Shown here in pieces: positions 40,201 to 54,200 of a stretch of DNA of 64,000 nucleotides. Where the stretch lies: contig OZ234493.1 in NCBI GenBank assembly GCA_965153455.1, positions 32,788,213 to 32,852,212 on the forward strand. Direction: 5' to 3'. The stretch's first letter is position 1; every line of letters starts with the position of its first letter. The position numbers and the translations under genes are program-made. The notes under the pieces were generated by a model that made no database searches, was not told the DNA's origin, and saw nothing but the letters and a program-made list of their open reading frames with translations. Source of the DNA: Sphagnum compactum. Taxonomy: Eukaryota.

Positions 40201-43200
40201 GCACAGCTCTGCACACCACACACCCTGACTAATAAGTTTTTCAGTGTGCTTGTCTTTACTCTAGGCATACATAATTCTCAACCTACCAAGAGCAGAGCTT
40301 CTATAACATTGTGTAAGACACAAGGAACCAAAAACCTCTGATACATCCCTCCTGATCCCTTTTCCTTTGAATCCATGATCAAGCACAGCCTGCTACAAGG
40401 CACCAGGTTGGTGTGAAAGAAATCTTCCTGTGAGTAGCATTCAATGCTCGACATGGACTGCTAGGATGTTCTGATCCTGGCCTTGTCATTATGAGGTAGT
40501 TGTATGTACTGAAATGCCAATAGTGTGCATGAAGCAACAAAATAGCTAATAACAAACCTTCACAGGTGCAGGATTATCCGGAGAAGGTTTGAGGACATGC
40601 TCGCCAATGACAAAGTTTTGCAGACTCCAAGTGTAGGCTACACTTTCATCCATGTGACAGGTGACCACATTACACCAATCACGTTCTCGAATTTCAACTG
40701 CATAGCATAACACAGTACTCAGAAATTCTTTCCAAGTTTGCTAGGATCCACCAGAATTGGTTCACAAAACATCAATTAATTTGAAACGCAATTCAACACG
40801 CAATTTACGTTTTGACCTGCATCAAATGCTACCACTGGTGGCAACTTGAACTCTCCATCCTGCCACATTGGACCAAGATGAAGTCAAGCAAAAACCCAAA
40901 GGAGAAAAAATCAACAGCACTTCATCCAATGCAATAGGCCTGCATTTTCTTACTACCATCAGCTACAAATTCTCAGAGCAAGAAATTGATAAGAAGACCA
41001 GAAACACATTCATCCCCATTCAACAAACTGATGTCATCTAGACTGGTCATTTCCAGGGTGACCGGCTCCTATCAAGTTGCAAAATCTGTGATGAGACTGT
41101 ACAAACAGATATCCTCAAGAAACTTTCCAATTTGACTCCCTAGGTGAAGTTTTCAGGACTGGTGGTTGACCAGCATATCTTGCACCCATGCAACTGTTCC
41201 CATATAACTTGTGGGTTTGTCCTAAATCAGGCATTAAAGTTGGCAAATATTGGTGGATCAAAGCTGACTTGCTGCACCAATCATGCTTGCAGGAAAAAAA
41301 AGTGTATTGTCCACAAAGAATCTAGTTGGCGACATACCTTCAATTTCATCTTTCGTGCACTTTTGCTTCCTTGTGAGAGTTCCCTACTTTGTTGATCCTG
41401 CAGAAAAAAGCTCCCAAATTTTACTACCTAAAGCTAAGCACTCTTAACTGCAGTACAAAGCCACAGAATTCCTCACATCAGCACAATTTATAAATTTGGT
41501 CAAACCTCCTAACCAACAAAATGGAGGTAGATCAACACTACAATTTGAGCACATTGTAATCTACTATATCTCCAATAATCTTCACCCAAAATCTGTAAAC
41601 CAGAGATTACTACTGTACATCCTTCTTGAATAAAGCTGGGTGTTCATGAATCGCACCTGAATAGTGGAGAAAACACGAAAAGATCGGTCCAGGCCACCAG
41701 ATAAAATGTGACCCCCATTTCCATAATACCTAAAAGATAGGAACAATAACACAGAAATCTTAACAATGCTGTACAGTGGAAGAGCCTGATTTTCTCATTT
41801 CTCCTGTCTCCCAGAGAGGATGTGCATCATAACTTCATGATAATTCACCCACATGATGCCATAAAATAAGGCGCTGAAGTTACCAGTTGAGTACTGTTTT
41901 CAAGGATCAGAAGAGACACAGCAGCTGACCTGATACAAGTAGGAGGTGCACTGTGACCACTCCGGAAGCGTAACAATCGGGCCTCACTATCACTGGTGTC
42001 AAAAATCCACATCTGCTCCATCAAGCAATGAATTTCCAATATCATTATTACCACAGCCTTCAGAGTGGCTTTCAGCTAAATCACTGATGTGCTTTCAAGA
42101 AGTTTCTTCTATGCTTCACTGTGACTGAGCACTTTAAACGCAGTGGGTCCTTGAACAAATAAAGCAATACAGACTCCTCATACAACCAGTCAGTTGCAGA
42201 AAAAATGAAGGCTGTAACAAGCAAGACATCACCGTCTTAAGTGTAAGGAGTCATTGACCAGACATATACAAGATTGCTTCAGTAGAGGACCTCATGACCA
42301 GAGGGAAGTTACCTTCAATGAGTTATCTGTGCCAGCACTGAGCAATACAGGCTCATTCGCCAAGAATTGAAGGGAAGAGACAGCTGATTCATGGGCACCC
42401 TTGATGACTGCCTGCAATTTCCTTTTCTCCAAATTCCAGATGCTGATCACACCAGAGATCCCTCCTGCTGCCAAAAAGGCCTGCCCATCTGCCAAGCCAA
42501 AGTTAATCTAGCAGGCTTATCACAACCCAAAAATTCATAAAAACTGGTTGCCATACTGATTGACCAAATGGGGTTTGACATGGAATCAGGAAGAGATATA
42601 AGAGGCCAGGGTTGCTGGTAACAGCCATGCCTAACACTCTGGAGCATAGATTTTGTAGAACCAGATAACCAAACTTCCAGCAAACACTATGTTGAACTCA
42701 AGGCCAATTGATGACTGATGATTAAACATTTCTGGAGAATTAACACAACTGCAGGTATACCAATTTTATTAGTTGCAAAGAAAAATAGCACAGAGTTTAG
42801 CAAGACATATCTGACTCAGGAAATGATAGACAATTTCATTAACAGATAGAATGACAAACACCAAAACTCCTTGAAGAGATAGATGGAGTGTCAATCTAAT
42901 CCAGTCAATCAAGGATAAGTCAATGACAGCATCATGACAAAACAGAAACATGGGAAACATACCTGTGCGGAAAGAGAGAGATGTGATGGGTCCTCCAGTT
43001 GTGTGAGAGAATGACACAACTGTCTCGTCATACCGAAGGTTGTGTACATGGATTTTCCCATCGCTACATCCAATCCCTACTGTATCAAGTGCTGGAGATG
43101 AGACACAGCAACGAACAGCTGAACCCCAACCCTTGAACTCATAAATCATTTTGCAGGTGCTGATGTTCCATAATTGCAAAGAGCCCTCCTCACTGCCAAT

Positions 43201-44572
43201 TAAAATCTGCCACCATGTACCGCCAACTTCAGGTTCAATGCCTGACAGTAGTCAAGCGGTCAAACATATCATCAAACAACTGACAGAAGAAGAAGAAGAA
43301 ACTGCAGTGCACTGAAACTTACCTTGTTGAGGTAAGTGTCAGGGTGCATGAGACAGGTTGGGGTGAAGGTATTCCGAAACACAAGCTCTCCAACTGGCTC
43401 TACCTGTGCACCTGACTCACTCCCACAAGCTGGCCAAACAAGTAACCGACCTTCTGCTCCAATACTCAAAATGTGCTGCCCAAATTGCAAAAGCAGCATC
43501 ACTTTCTCACTATGACCACTTAACGTTGCTACCTGCAATGATGGATAGATTGATAGATAACCAGTATACACAAGTTATTGCAATTGTGCAAGAAATTCCA
43601 TTGCGACTTGATGATCGTTCTAAGACAAAAACCCATTTACAGCAAACACAAACCTATCCATCTGGAAAGCACATTTGTGGCAAACTATCAATAAGGAAGT
43701 GCATTTTGCAGCAAACACAAAATGAAAACTATCAATCTGAAACATATTTGCAGGAAACAGAAAACTAGTTGTCAAAACTTGAGAATGCCAAAAACATTGG
43801 AGCAACATCCAGACAGATGAACCACAAAAACTACATTCAAGAGAATGGATCTTGATGCTAACTTTCACATCAAACCTCTGATCATCCTAAAACCTAAGCC
43901 CTACATAACTTTGGGGGACATGTGAGCTCACAACACAATAGGGATTCAGAAGTGAAAAATTGAAACAGACCCGGTGAGCTCGCTTGAACACCACAATGTG
44001 GTGTCCTGTGGCTACATATGTGTAGTCCCGGAGAGATGCTAATGCTCGTATCTTCTTTTCCAATTGTGGCCCTGCATCAAAAGCAAAATTGTGCAACAAC
44101 ATCAGATAACATCAGACAACGTGAGAGATGATGTTGTTGTACCAATACCTCTACCTCGCATGGCAAGCTGAAAACAATCTTGCAAGAACCAACTGAGGGA
44201 AAACAATTCTTCAAGAACGCAGAAAAGTTCACTGGAGAGATTTGGGACAATCGTGTTTTACCTACAATGACGAGAGCAAGGTTTGCACACTGCAGATACA
44301 AAAAAAACACACACACGAGAACAAAAAAGAATAACGCCGTCAGTAAAACGAGAAGCGACACAGCGACTTACTACAAAAAAAACAAGAGACCTGATCACAA
44401 GACATTGTAGTTTTTGTAGTGATGGATTCCACATCGCGCCACTTACATTGTAGATCTGCCAAGCCTTTCCGACGCTCACCGTCACGAAATTTTCCATGCC
44501 TCTCCTCTGTAAGGAGAAAGGCGTCCCATCCGTGACATATCCCAGTGCCCTGTAGGGCTCAAATATCCCCAT
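37209..44572 (-). CDS. UTP21: WD-repeat protein 36 / U3 snoRNA-associated protein 21 (SSU processome), multi-exon
   Basis: N-terminus MGIFEPYRALGYVTDGTPF; motifs HPDTYLNK, SSPALDTVGIGCSDG, RLLRFRSGHSAPP, EIRERDWCNVVTCH, FEGHTDRVTDLCFSEDG; Utp21 C-terminal RNKPISAPKKPERAPFFLPSL and NNNFEFIQALMQLFL. The exons I translated were open with GT-AG junctions. Confidence 0.95.
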
Positions 44573-44731
44573 CCCTTGCCTTTCTCCTCCACCGCACCGT
44601 AAGCTCTGTGATGATGATGATGATGATCCTCGCGCTTGTGTTCCCCTCCCCTATTAGAGCACGAGCAAAAGACAAAGCGCAAATACCCACCGCGACAACA
44701 CGCACGGAGAGGAAGGAAGAAACACACAGGA

Positions 44732-44748
44732 TTTAGGGTTTAGGGTTT
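44732..44748 (-). promoter_or_regulatory. Tandem telo-box (AAACCCTA) upstream of WDR36/UTP21
   Basis: AAAACCCTAAACCCTAAA on the minus strand, ~160 bp upstream of the ATG. Telo-boxes are established 5' elements of plant ribosome-biogenesis genes. Confidence 0.65.
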
Positions 44749-45813
44749 TATGGGCTTGAGGACGAATGTTTTGCTTTTTGTGTGCTCTTCGTTTCAAGCG
44801 TTGATTTCTTCTCGGCATTTTCTGGATGGCAGTCCGTCCAGAAATTTTACCACCCTTTCATTGTTCTCCTTCTGTCTGGTGTCTGTCGCGCTTCCTGAAA
44901 TGCTCGGACCGTATGTAGGAACAAAGAGCACTTTGATTGCTGTGCAGCATGGAAGACGCTCTGTGGTAATTCTCTTCTGTATGGGTACTTCCTCTCTCCC
45001 TGGATCACCACGTCCCTCTTGTTCTCTTTTTGTTACTTTGTCTTCCTGCTGCAAGATGCTGAGTTCCTGTTGGAACAAAGAGCTTCCTTGCTGTGCAGCA
45101 ATGGAAAGATACTCTGTGCGTGAATTAATCTTTTGTTTTGTTTTTGTCTTGACAACTGATGAGAAGAAAACTTGGTAGTATGTTGTGGAGATGTTTGTGG
45201 ATCAGTTTTGGCATCACATCGAAGATGATGACGATGAAGAAGAAGGTAGATGGAAATCAGGATCCAGGTTTATCAACATCAGATGCTTAAGATTTTGCTG
45301 GTGGTTTCCCACCATGATTTTCTGGCACAAAGATACTACACTTTGTTTGTGAAAATGAAGCACCCAGGCTCATGTGTGCCAAGCAAGCAAGTCCTGGAGA
45401 TGGAACTGAATACATACTTCAAGTGTACGCAGAGAGAAATTACACATGATTGTAAGTGGGTTGTTTTGGATAATTTGTGATGAAGAAGGTGATGATGGTC
45501 TGACACATTTTGGTTAGCAAGGACTCTCATAAGCTTATGACTGCACTTTATTGTCATGTTACCTTCAAATTTGTTAACATTGTGGAGATTTCCCAATGTT
45601 TTCGTACTGCTATTCATGATGATGAAGTTGATGATGATGGCCTGACACTTTGTGAGCAATGACTCTTGAGCAGCGTTCTTGCAGTACATACAAAGTTTGC
45701 AAGAGAGACACAAGCATTGAAGCACAATCAAGAGAAACCCTAGTCTGTTTGATCTGAAAGCTAACAACAACAACAACAACAACAAGAAGCAAGAGGAAGA
45801 CAGAGAGTTGTGA

Positions 45814-47046
45814 ATGGCAGCAGAGAATGATGATAGTGATGATGGCAGCACATGGAGCAGGAGACAAGTCTTGCTCACTCCAGAAGGGCACCCCGCGCCC
45901 ACTGAACTACCATGGCAGTGAAGGCTAGGCTTCTCGGTCATTTCTACAACTCTTGTTGCAGGTTCTGTCTTGACTCTCTCTGTGCTGTTTGAACTTTGTA
46001 CGTTGACAATCTCATTTGTACAAAAAGAGGGGAATTTGACAATTCCCCTCCTTTTTTCTTTTCTTCTAAAAGAAAAGTTGCTGCCTCCTTTTGCTTTTAC
46101 CTCTATGTCTCTGGGCAGATATCTATGTGCTTCTGGCATGTGGACACTGTATCTTTGTGCTATCTTTGTTTTGCCATAAAGATAGCAGGATTCAAGCGAT
46201 GTATTTCTTTGTTTTTTTGCCCTTTTTTTTTTGGGCTCTATGTCTCTGGGCACAGATTTATGTGCTTCCAGTATGTGGATGCTGTATTTTTGTGGTATTT
46301 TGTTTTGTTGTAAAGATAGCAGGATTCAAGCAATGTGTTGGCATAAGAAGCTTGCCTTGATGCTTACAGTCCCTTCTTGTCCAATCTTTCATTCTGAGAA
46401 GTGCAGTCATAGTTGCCTGGTTTTTGGGGTTATGATACACAGGAAAAATGATAGAACTTGATTGTGAATGAGTGGTGTGTGAAATGGTTGTGTGCAGGTG
46501 CTCTAGGTGCAGGATCAGGGCTTTTGATTGGAGCTGTGGGTGGACAACCTACTGTTTGCTTTTCAGCAACACTAGGCACTAATTTTGCTCTTGCTTCCTG
46601 CTGCTTCTGTTGTACATCTCTTTTCTGTAGTCTTCTTCCCCTGCACTGTTCAATTCAATCGGCAGTCTTCATGGCTGCAAAAGGAATTGAACAACAAGAG
46701 AAAAATCTTCCCTTATTTTTTAGCATGGGGTCTGCGAAAGTGGATTCCATCTTGTGAGAGATTCTTGATTTTTGCTTCTGTCATGCATGGTATGTAACTT
46801 GCTTATGTCTATCCCTGAACGTTACACCTTTTGCCCAAAAGTAGTCACAGCAGTACTCCCAAGGGTGTTATGTAGCAGCAGCTTAGAGAGACTCAATGGA
46901 TTGTGGAAATGACAAGAGAGCTACACCTTGGATGTGTTTAGGGGCTTGGGAGCTTGTAAGAGAGCTGTGAGCTGCGGATTCTGACAATTGGATCAATGGC
47001 ATGCTCGGAGGACTAGCCAGTGGCAGTGTCCTGGGGTACTTACAAG
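45814..47046 (+). pseudogene. Tim17/Tim22/Tim23-family (At5g63000-like) pseudogene; exons 45814-45961, 46498-46611, 46942-47046
   Basis: MAAEND..LPWQ*RLGFSVISTTLVAG|ALGAGSGLLIG..TLGTNFALASCCFC|(W)AWELVREL*AADSDNWINGMLGGLASGSVLGYLQG. In-frame TGA at 45919 and 46968. Splice phases are consistent. No downstream exons found. Confidence 0.8.
46100..46336 (+). repeat. Diverged intronic direct repeat (~100 bp x2)
   Basis: CTCTATGTCTCTGGGCA...TAAAGATAGCAGGATTCAAGCRATGT at ~46100 and ~46236. Confidence 0.85.
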
Positions 47047-50000
47047 GTGTGGGAAGGAAGCAGCAAGAAATGTCTTATGTACAGTTCAGTAGTACTATTG
47101 TCATTTCCATATTGTGATTTCTCCTCTTAACATATGCCTTTTGAGTTTCAATTCAAAGTGACAATGTTTATTATGTTTCATTTTCTCTCCCCTCTGCTTA
47201 TATCCCATCAAAAGATGGATTTCTGTGGTGAGCTCATACACAGTGTCCTTTGCTGCTTGTGAGTTTACCATATAACCCAAGTCAATTCATGAATGCAAGC
47301 TGAATGTGGACTGAATGTGGACTGAATGTACAAATTGAGTGCTTATGGTATAGTCATATATGCAAATTGCAGAAAATAGTAAATCACAAACTCTAGGCCT
47401 TTTGCCAAGCGGCATTCCATGCTTGCCACAATTTTAATGTTTATGGTGCACTTCATGTGCTTTGTATATTTGTTTCCAATCATAGATGCATAATTGCATG
47501 ATATTGTTTTTTGCAATATTTGTGTTCCATAGTGATGTCATAGTAGTCAACATCATAAAGTAGTATGGTCATGTTCCTAATCACTCAACTTCCCATTAAC
47601 AAATTTCCAAGCTTCAAATATCAACATATACGGGTGCATAATTCAGCCCATTTGTACCTTTAGGTGAAATTACAATGCATTCAACTTGGCAAGGCTATCG
47701 TATGAGTGAACTTTGCTCACTCACTTTAAAGCTCCTCTAGGTCTTCGAAGCATAACAATAGAAAGATGTGGTCATGTTTGCAAGTTGTACCAAGGTTCTT
47801 CTTTTGTATTCTAAACCTACATTTTTTTAGTACAAGGCTGAAATGTAATTGAAAGTATGTAAGCTAACATTTTGTCATAATGGTAGTTCAAAATGCTTCA
47901 TTTAAAGGCATATGTCTATCTATAAATTGTTAGCATGTGGGAATTGTTAAACCAGTTGGCTTTGCATTCAATTGGAACCAAACATCATGCATTTGAATGA
48001 ACAATGGATGCAAATTCTCGTAGGTCAAGTGATTAAAAATAAAATTACACCTTGCATAATAATTGATTATAAACATGGTGCATGCAGTTGTGATTTAACG
48101 ATTGTGCATGAATAAGGACTTGTGATTTTAAATGGTGTAGGAATTTGAAGTTATGATTAACAAGCCTTAGACAATTGTGTAAATTTCCATTCAATAGAGC
48201 CTCCCTTCAACAATAAGTAGCTATGTGTTTTTTTGACAACTTTGAGTAGTTGACATCCTACATTATTCCTACTTAGTATGTTTGTTCATGCAAAAATTAT
48301 GGATCTAGTGTCTTTTCATGATCAAAGTTCAAAGCTTATTAAATTTGTTATTATTATTGTTGCTAAACAATAATAATTGGTTTGGTTACAAGTCTTAAGG
48401 TATAGAAATAAATAAATTCTTTCTAAATTGGAAGGAGCTTCATAGGACTTGGTGGATTGACAAAGGATTTTCAATTGTTATTTATGTCCTTAATTTTTTT
48501 TGGTTTCATTTTAAATCAAATACGTGATCAGCTTGAATCATCATTTTCCTATTCCCCAACCTAAATGTCAAAAATTGTTTATCTTCACATCTCTCTTGAA
48601 TGGAAACAACAAATGTTGATAAATAATTTGAACTTTTGATAATATTTTTAAAAATCAAATTGTCAATTTTGGGATTTAGTTATTTTTTCTATTCCCCATA
48701 ATGGTAGTGGAAAATGGGTGAAACCATAATTAAAAGGACTATTTGGATTCTCACAATGGTAGTTTTTTTTAAGTTATAAATGAATTACAAATGTAAAATC
48801 ATATTCAACATTAACATTATTAAAAATCTTAATTATCCATGTTGCAATAGATTTTAGTGAGAATCATACTTTAAAAAATAAATTAGTTATATTTTTAAAA
48901 TGAATTCATAATGAACTTTAGAAATGATAACATTACATTTGTCATGCAAATAGAATGAAAAACAATAATTCAAATGTCAAAATGAAAATTTATAAATAAG
49001 CCACCATCAAATCAAGAATTTAAGAATAATATGCATTGAAAATTTCCCAATGTAAAAAAATTAGAAATTAAAAAATTAAATGCCATGAATTTTGTCATTT
49101 TTTACCATTTGTAGTCCAATTCACATTGAAATATTGAAACTTTCACATGATTTTTTTCACCATTCACATGTCTAGTGATATTTAGAGGGTGGTCTACCAA
49201 TACTTTTGATAAAAACATAAGAATTATTATAAAATTCATAGTTTGATGATTATTGTAACTACAAATATTTTAACTAATGTAAAATGTATATTTTTCAAAA
49301 TGTCAAAAGTGAGACATCTAACCATAGTTTTACCCAAATGGTAGATGCAAATGGTTGTGGCAATGACAAATGCAAGTTTTTAAAAACTGGATTGAATACA
49401 AAATTGCTTATAAAATATGACAAAATTATATCTCCTTACTGTTCATGTGTCATTGAGAATTTTGCTAAAATGTTGTCTTTTTTATTTTGTAATTGTCATG
49501 GTATTAACATCTATGATCAATCCTATTTCTTTTTTGGACCATCTTTTCGAAAATGATCTTCATGAAATTTGCAAGTTTTACTAATGGAAAATCACACAAA
49601 GCATTCCACCATGAGCTAAAAGCATCATGGTTGCACCTTTCTTTCATGTTTCAAGAAAATCATGCAAAGTGGAGTACTAAAAAGTTCTAAAAGTTTTGCA
49701 AATTATGTAGGATTGGGATTCACTAGTTTGATTTGCAAGGAACATCTAGCAAGCACAAAACTCCCTTTGAAAAGTTGCTTTGAAGGTTTTACCCTTAGGA
49801 GATTGTAAAAATTAAATAGTTTGTGTTGCAAACACCAACATAAAAAACCTAGGACCTTACGAACCCTAAACCTATCTAAACCTAGGACCCATGCTTTTAC
49901 CTAAACGTATGGTTACAACCCTACGAAAAACCCTTAAGATCCATTAGGTCTAGTTCTAAGGTGGGTTCAAGTACACGTAGATGCATTAGGCTCCGATTCT

Positions 50001-51280
50001 AAGGTGGGTTTGGGTCCATGTAGACCCATTGAATCTAGTTGTTAGACTGGACCTAGTCGGAGGTGGAAACCTAGACTTGGCCAACACTAGTTGTGAGTTG
50101 TGACCTTAACATTGAGTTGGTGACCAAGGCTAGGCAAGAAGAAAGAAAACAAGCCCATGACATTGCATGAACCCAAGGAATTTAAACATAGCTCCACACA
50201 AAGTGAAAGGTGTGCGGGAGTTAAAGGGGAATACTCATAAGACCTACAAATTGCACTCACTTTGGAAGCTAGGACTCTCAAGGAGTCCCAATTATTTAGA
50301 AGTCATGTTGGAGTGATCAAAGTAAATTGAGTAATATTTGCACTATTGAAAAAGATCTCAATGGTGGCCATATAGTGCAAATGCATGCCAAGATTTATTT
50401 TTTTTCCACATAGTCATGAGGGTTTTCTGAAGTCAACACACAAATTGCAACAAGAGATCATGTGTAAAAAGAATTTATAGTTGTTTCTTTCATTTCTTGC
50501 TGTTTTTTTGTTTGATGTTCTCTTTTGCTGTCTTTGTGTTCCCCTTTCTTATTGGTTTCACTCATCTCCTCCCACTTTTACGGTCCCTAGTTTTCATCAG
50601 TGCTTCCAGGTTTTCCTCTTCACTGGTATGTTGTTAGATCTGAAATCTTTATGACATTCTTATTGCATCTAATTCCATCCAGATTCATTTAAATCAGCAG
50701 TGAGGAAAATTTCAGTGCACACCAAGATATCTTGGTGGACTCACCACAAGCAATTGTTTTCCTTTCAAGATTGAAGGAAGGTACTAGAGTATAATAATTG
50801 TCATCTGTGGCACACAAGCTAAAGCAAAGCAGCTCATACACATGATCCTTATATTTACAAAGTTCTCCGATTGAGATTTGAACACATCATACTTCAATCT
50901 ATGTTCTGATCTCCTATGTTGCACATCAGCAATGGAGAAAACAGTTCACTGATATGTGTAAGAAAAATAATGTCCCTGCAATGGACAGCTTGCTCACAGT
51001 AATTTAGGCTGAAAACATACCCATCTTTGGCTACTGAGGGTGCTGGTCTGACAAGAAGTTCAAATGCTCAGCAATTGCAATGAAGCTACAACGACTTGAG
51101 ATTATGGAGGTGTGATTTTCAGTGTGAGGCCCTGGAGTTGCTTGCTTTCAAACCTGTCAGCACCACAAGCCCCTTCTCAGTCCTGGCTTCACTTCACCTC
51201 TGACTTATGATTTGATCTTCCAGTTGCTGGTTTTCGTCCATGATATTGGCAGTCAGATTCTGAGAAGGCTATCAGATTTG

Positions 51281-54200
51281 TCACAGGGCAATTTCTTCCT
51301 CATCTTCAAAATCCACCTCCCAAGTACCCTCCTGGTCAGCAATTTCTTCCCCTTCCATTCTTCCAGTGCTGTTGACCTCACTTGACATACCAAGAAGCTT
51401 GTCTTTGATTGCCTTCATCAAGGTATCAGAAAACTCCTTGTGCTCCCTTAAGTACCTCTTTGCATTATCCTTCCCATTTGCAAAGTTCTTCTCCTCATAT
51501 GAGTACCATGAACCTGAAAGCTTCAAAACATGATGCTTCACACCTAGGTCCAGAATTTCACCTTCACGTGAAATACCTCTGCCAAACTCAATGTCAAACT
51601 CTGCTGTCTTGAAAGGAGGTGCTACTTTGTTCTTCACCACTTTGACAGTGACTTTGTTTCCATATGCCTGCATGCCATTACATGTTCACTTAGCTTTAAT
51701 GTATACCCTGAAGTGAGGGAGAAACCTACTGTATGGCACCTGGACAATGTACAGACATGTCCAGAATAATACCTCATCACCACGTTTCAACTGGGATTTT
51801 CTCTTGATGTTCCAATGCACTGATGCATAGAACTTGAGAGCATTGCCTCCTGCTGTAACTTCCGATGGCATCCCACCAAATGTGCTCAATTTGTGTCGAG
51901 TCTGTTGCACCAAAGCACACATCTCGATCATTAAATGGCAACTGCACTTCCATCCCTCTGCCTCTTCGTCCTTCTAATGTGGGAAAGTTGCATGCGGGAA
52001 GCAATAGAATATCTAACCATCTTGTCAATCACCTGCATAATTTATAAGGATGTAATTACCTGGTTGAGAAAGATGAGAACTGTCTGAGCTTAGTTAAGAG
52101 AGTGGGTAAGCTTGCGCAGAGCTTTGCTCATGAGACGTGCCTGCAGTGCCATTTGGGAATCCCCCATCTCCCCCTCCAGCTCTGCTTTTGGTACCAGTGC
52201 TGCAACCTGCCACTCAGACCCCATCACTAATGATCTGACAACATATCTATACTCCAGAGACGAAGACATTTATCAAAATCTCAGGATACAACACAATACC
52301 CAATTTCAACTAATGAAGTGGTAGGATGGATACTATGCTAGCTGCAACACCTTCTGGAATCACCAACCTTGTACAGACTTACCACCGACGATCTTGCAAG
52401 TCAAAGAGTGGGTGAGAGAGGGGAAGTGGACTATATACACTGTCAATGACTATGACATCAAACGTGCCTGATCGCACAAAGGTGTCAACAGTTTTCAAAA
52501 CCTGCTCAGCTGCATCAGGTTGCACAAACAGAAGGTCTCAAGTATTTACACCAATGCCCTCTGCAAACTGCAGGTCCAGTGCATGCTCCGCATCAACAAA
52601 AGACAGAAGCCTGAAGATCCACATCACAACACCCCAGGTGGAGGGAAACAGGTGTAAAATTAGGGCGTTTCATGCTGAGACTACAAGTGCATTTACCATT
52701 GCTATTTCATTCTACATCTCAGTATGAAACCTGACTCCTATATCTAGAACTGTGCAAGGAATTAGGTGAAGATTCAATCAGATGTATTCAGTACTTATGC
52801 ACTCATCTACTACTCCTGGGCAATGAAATATGTGCAGAATCTTCAGGATTCAGCAGCAAATGGGTGTATAGTTGTCAAGATGCTGCATCAAGGAGTAGGC
52901 ACTGAATCATGAAGCTATTTACATACCCTTCCCTAACATTGAGCTTCAGCAATGACATGAAGTGCAAGAGTTGTTTTCCCTGAAGCTTCAGGCCCATAGA
53001 TCTCTACCACACGCCCCTGTCAAGTAAGATGGCAATCTCAGCATTTCGAACCTAATCCATGTGCTCAAGCTGCACCTCACTTCACAAATTTGATACATCT
53101 CCAGTAACTGAGGAATGTAATCATCTTCTGCAAGCATTTGATAATCCAACATGAAGTACGTCTTCTGCAAGCATCGATAATCCAACATTCTCCACTAGGA
53201 CTTTTCACTACAGGAAGATCCTAAAGTAATCTCCCATCACAGTTCAAATCATGCAGCTATATGCTCCATCCAAAAGAGTTCATGTTTTCCACAGACAAGA
53301 CTCCATAACCTCTTTAAAATGTAGTAAGAAAGAAGCATTTAGCTCTTGTGCAGAAATCAATTCTTCATGGCAGAAATCTGAAACCATTTACTGCTAAATC
53401 AGCTCCTGTGATGCGACTGTACCTTGGGTAGACCACTGACACCAAGAGCGATATCAAGTGTCAGAGATCCAGTAGAGATCACATCGACATGTACATGCTG
53501 GTTGCGACCAAGTCACATGACTGATTCCTTGCCATACTGTTTGGTAACTTGTGCAATTGCTGCTTGCAGCAACTGATGTTTCCTTTCATTGCATTCCACC
53601 ATCACATGATGCTTACAGTCCTCTGGTTGAGACTGTGCTTGCTGTTGCTTTTGTTGACCCTTTCCTGCAACCAAAAACCTTAACGCAGACTTACAATTAG
53701 AAATGTTTGAAACCGAGTATACAATTTCTTGCAAACAAAGTCATTCTTCTTCAGCCAAAAGTATTGAATTCACAAGCAAAAAGCAGGAGGAGGAAGAGGA
53801 ACACGGCTGAATAGAAGATGATACTATCAACCCTGTCAAATGTGAAGAAACAGAGAAGAGAGAAGAAAAGAGTCCCACATACCTTTCTTTGTGCCTGTGC
53901 TGAAATCAACAACACTGTTAGTGAAGAATGTGGGTCTACAAACTCCCACAGCATTCTGGCAAGAAAGCAAGCAAGTACCCCGAAGCCATTCCATCATCAT
54001 CCCCATTCCAAAAACAGGAAACACTTCAGTCCGACGACACACATGCAGAGAAGGAGAGAGTTGGAAGATGCAACAATAATCTACCCATCATCATCACATC
54101 CGCTAGAAGCAAAGCTAGAATTATCATCATAGACAAACTAAACCCTAGAAGATCTTCTCTCTCACCATCTTTGTTAGTCCAGTCAGTCAGTCATTTGCTG

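Noticed and set aside
45336..46253. 305-aa minus-strand ORF
   Set aside because: It is antisense to Tim17-like exon 1 and intron 1, built from the intronic direct repeat and a CAA microsatellite, and has no recognisable domain.
51281..53020. RecA as bacterial contamination or recent horizontal transfer
   Set aside because: It contains multiple GT-AG introns and a presequence-like N-terminus, as plant nuclear RecA genes do.
53123..53188. ~37-bp tandem duplication in a RecA intron
   Set aside because: An ordinary slippage duplication with no further structure.
53513..53515. TGA at a Trp-like position in RecA as recoding, selenocysteine or RNA editing
   Set aside because: The same gene has TAA, TAG and indel lesions, so pseudogenisation explains it better.
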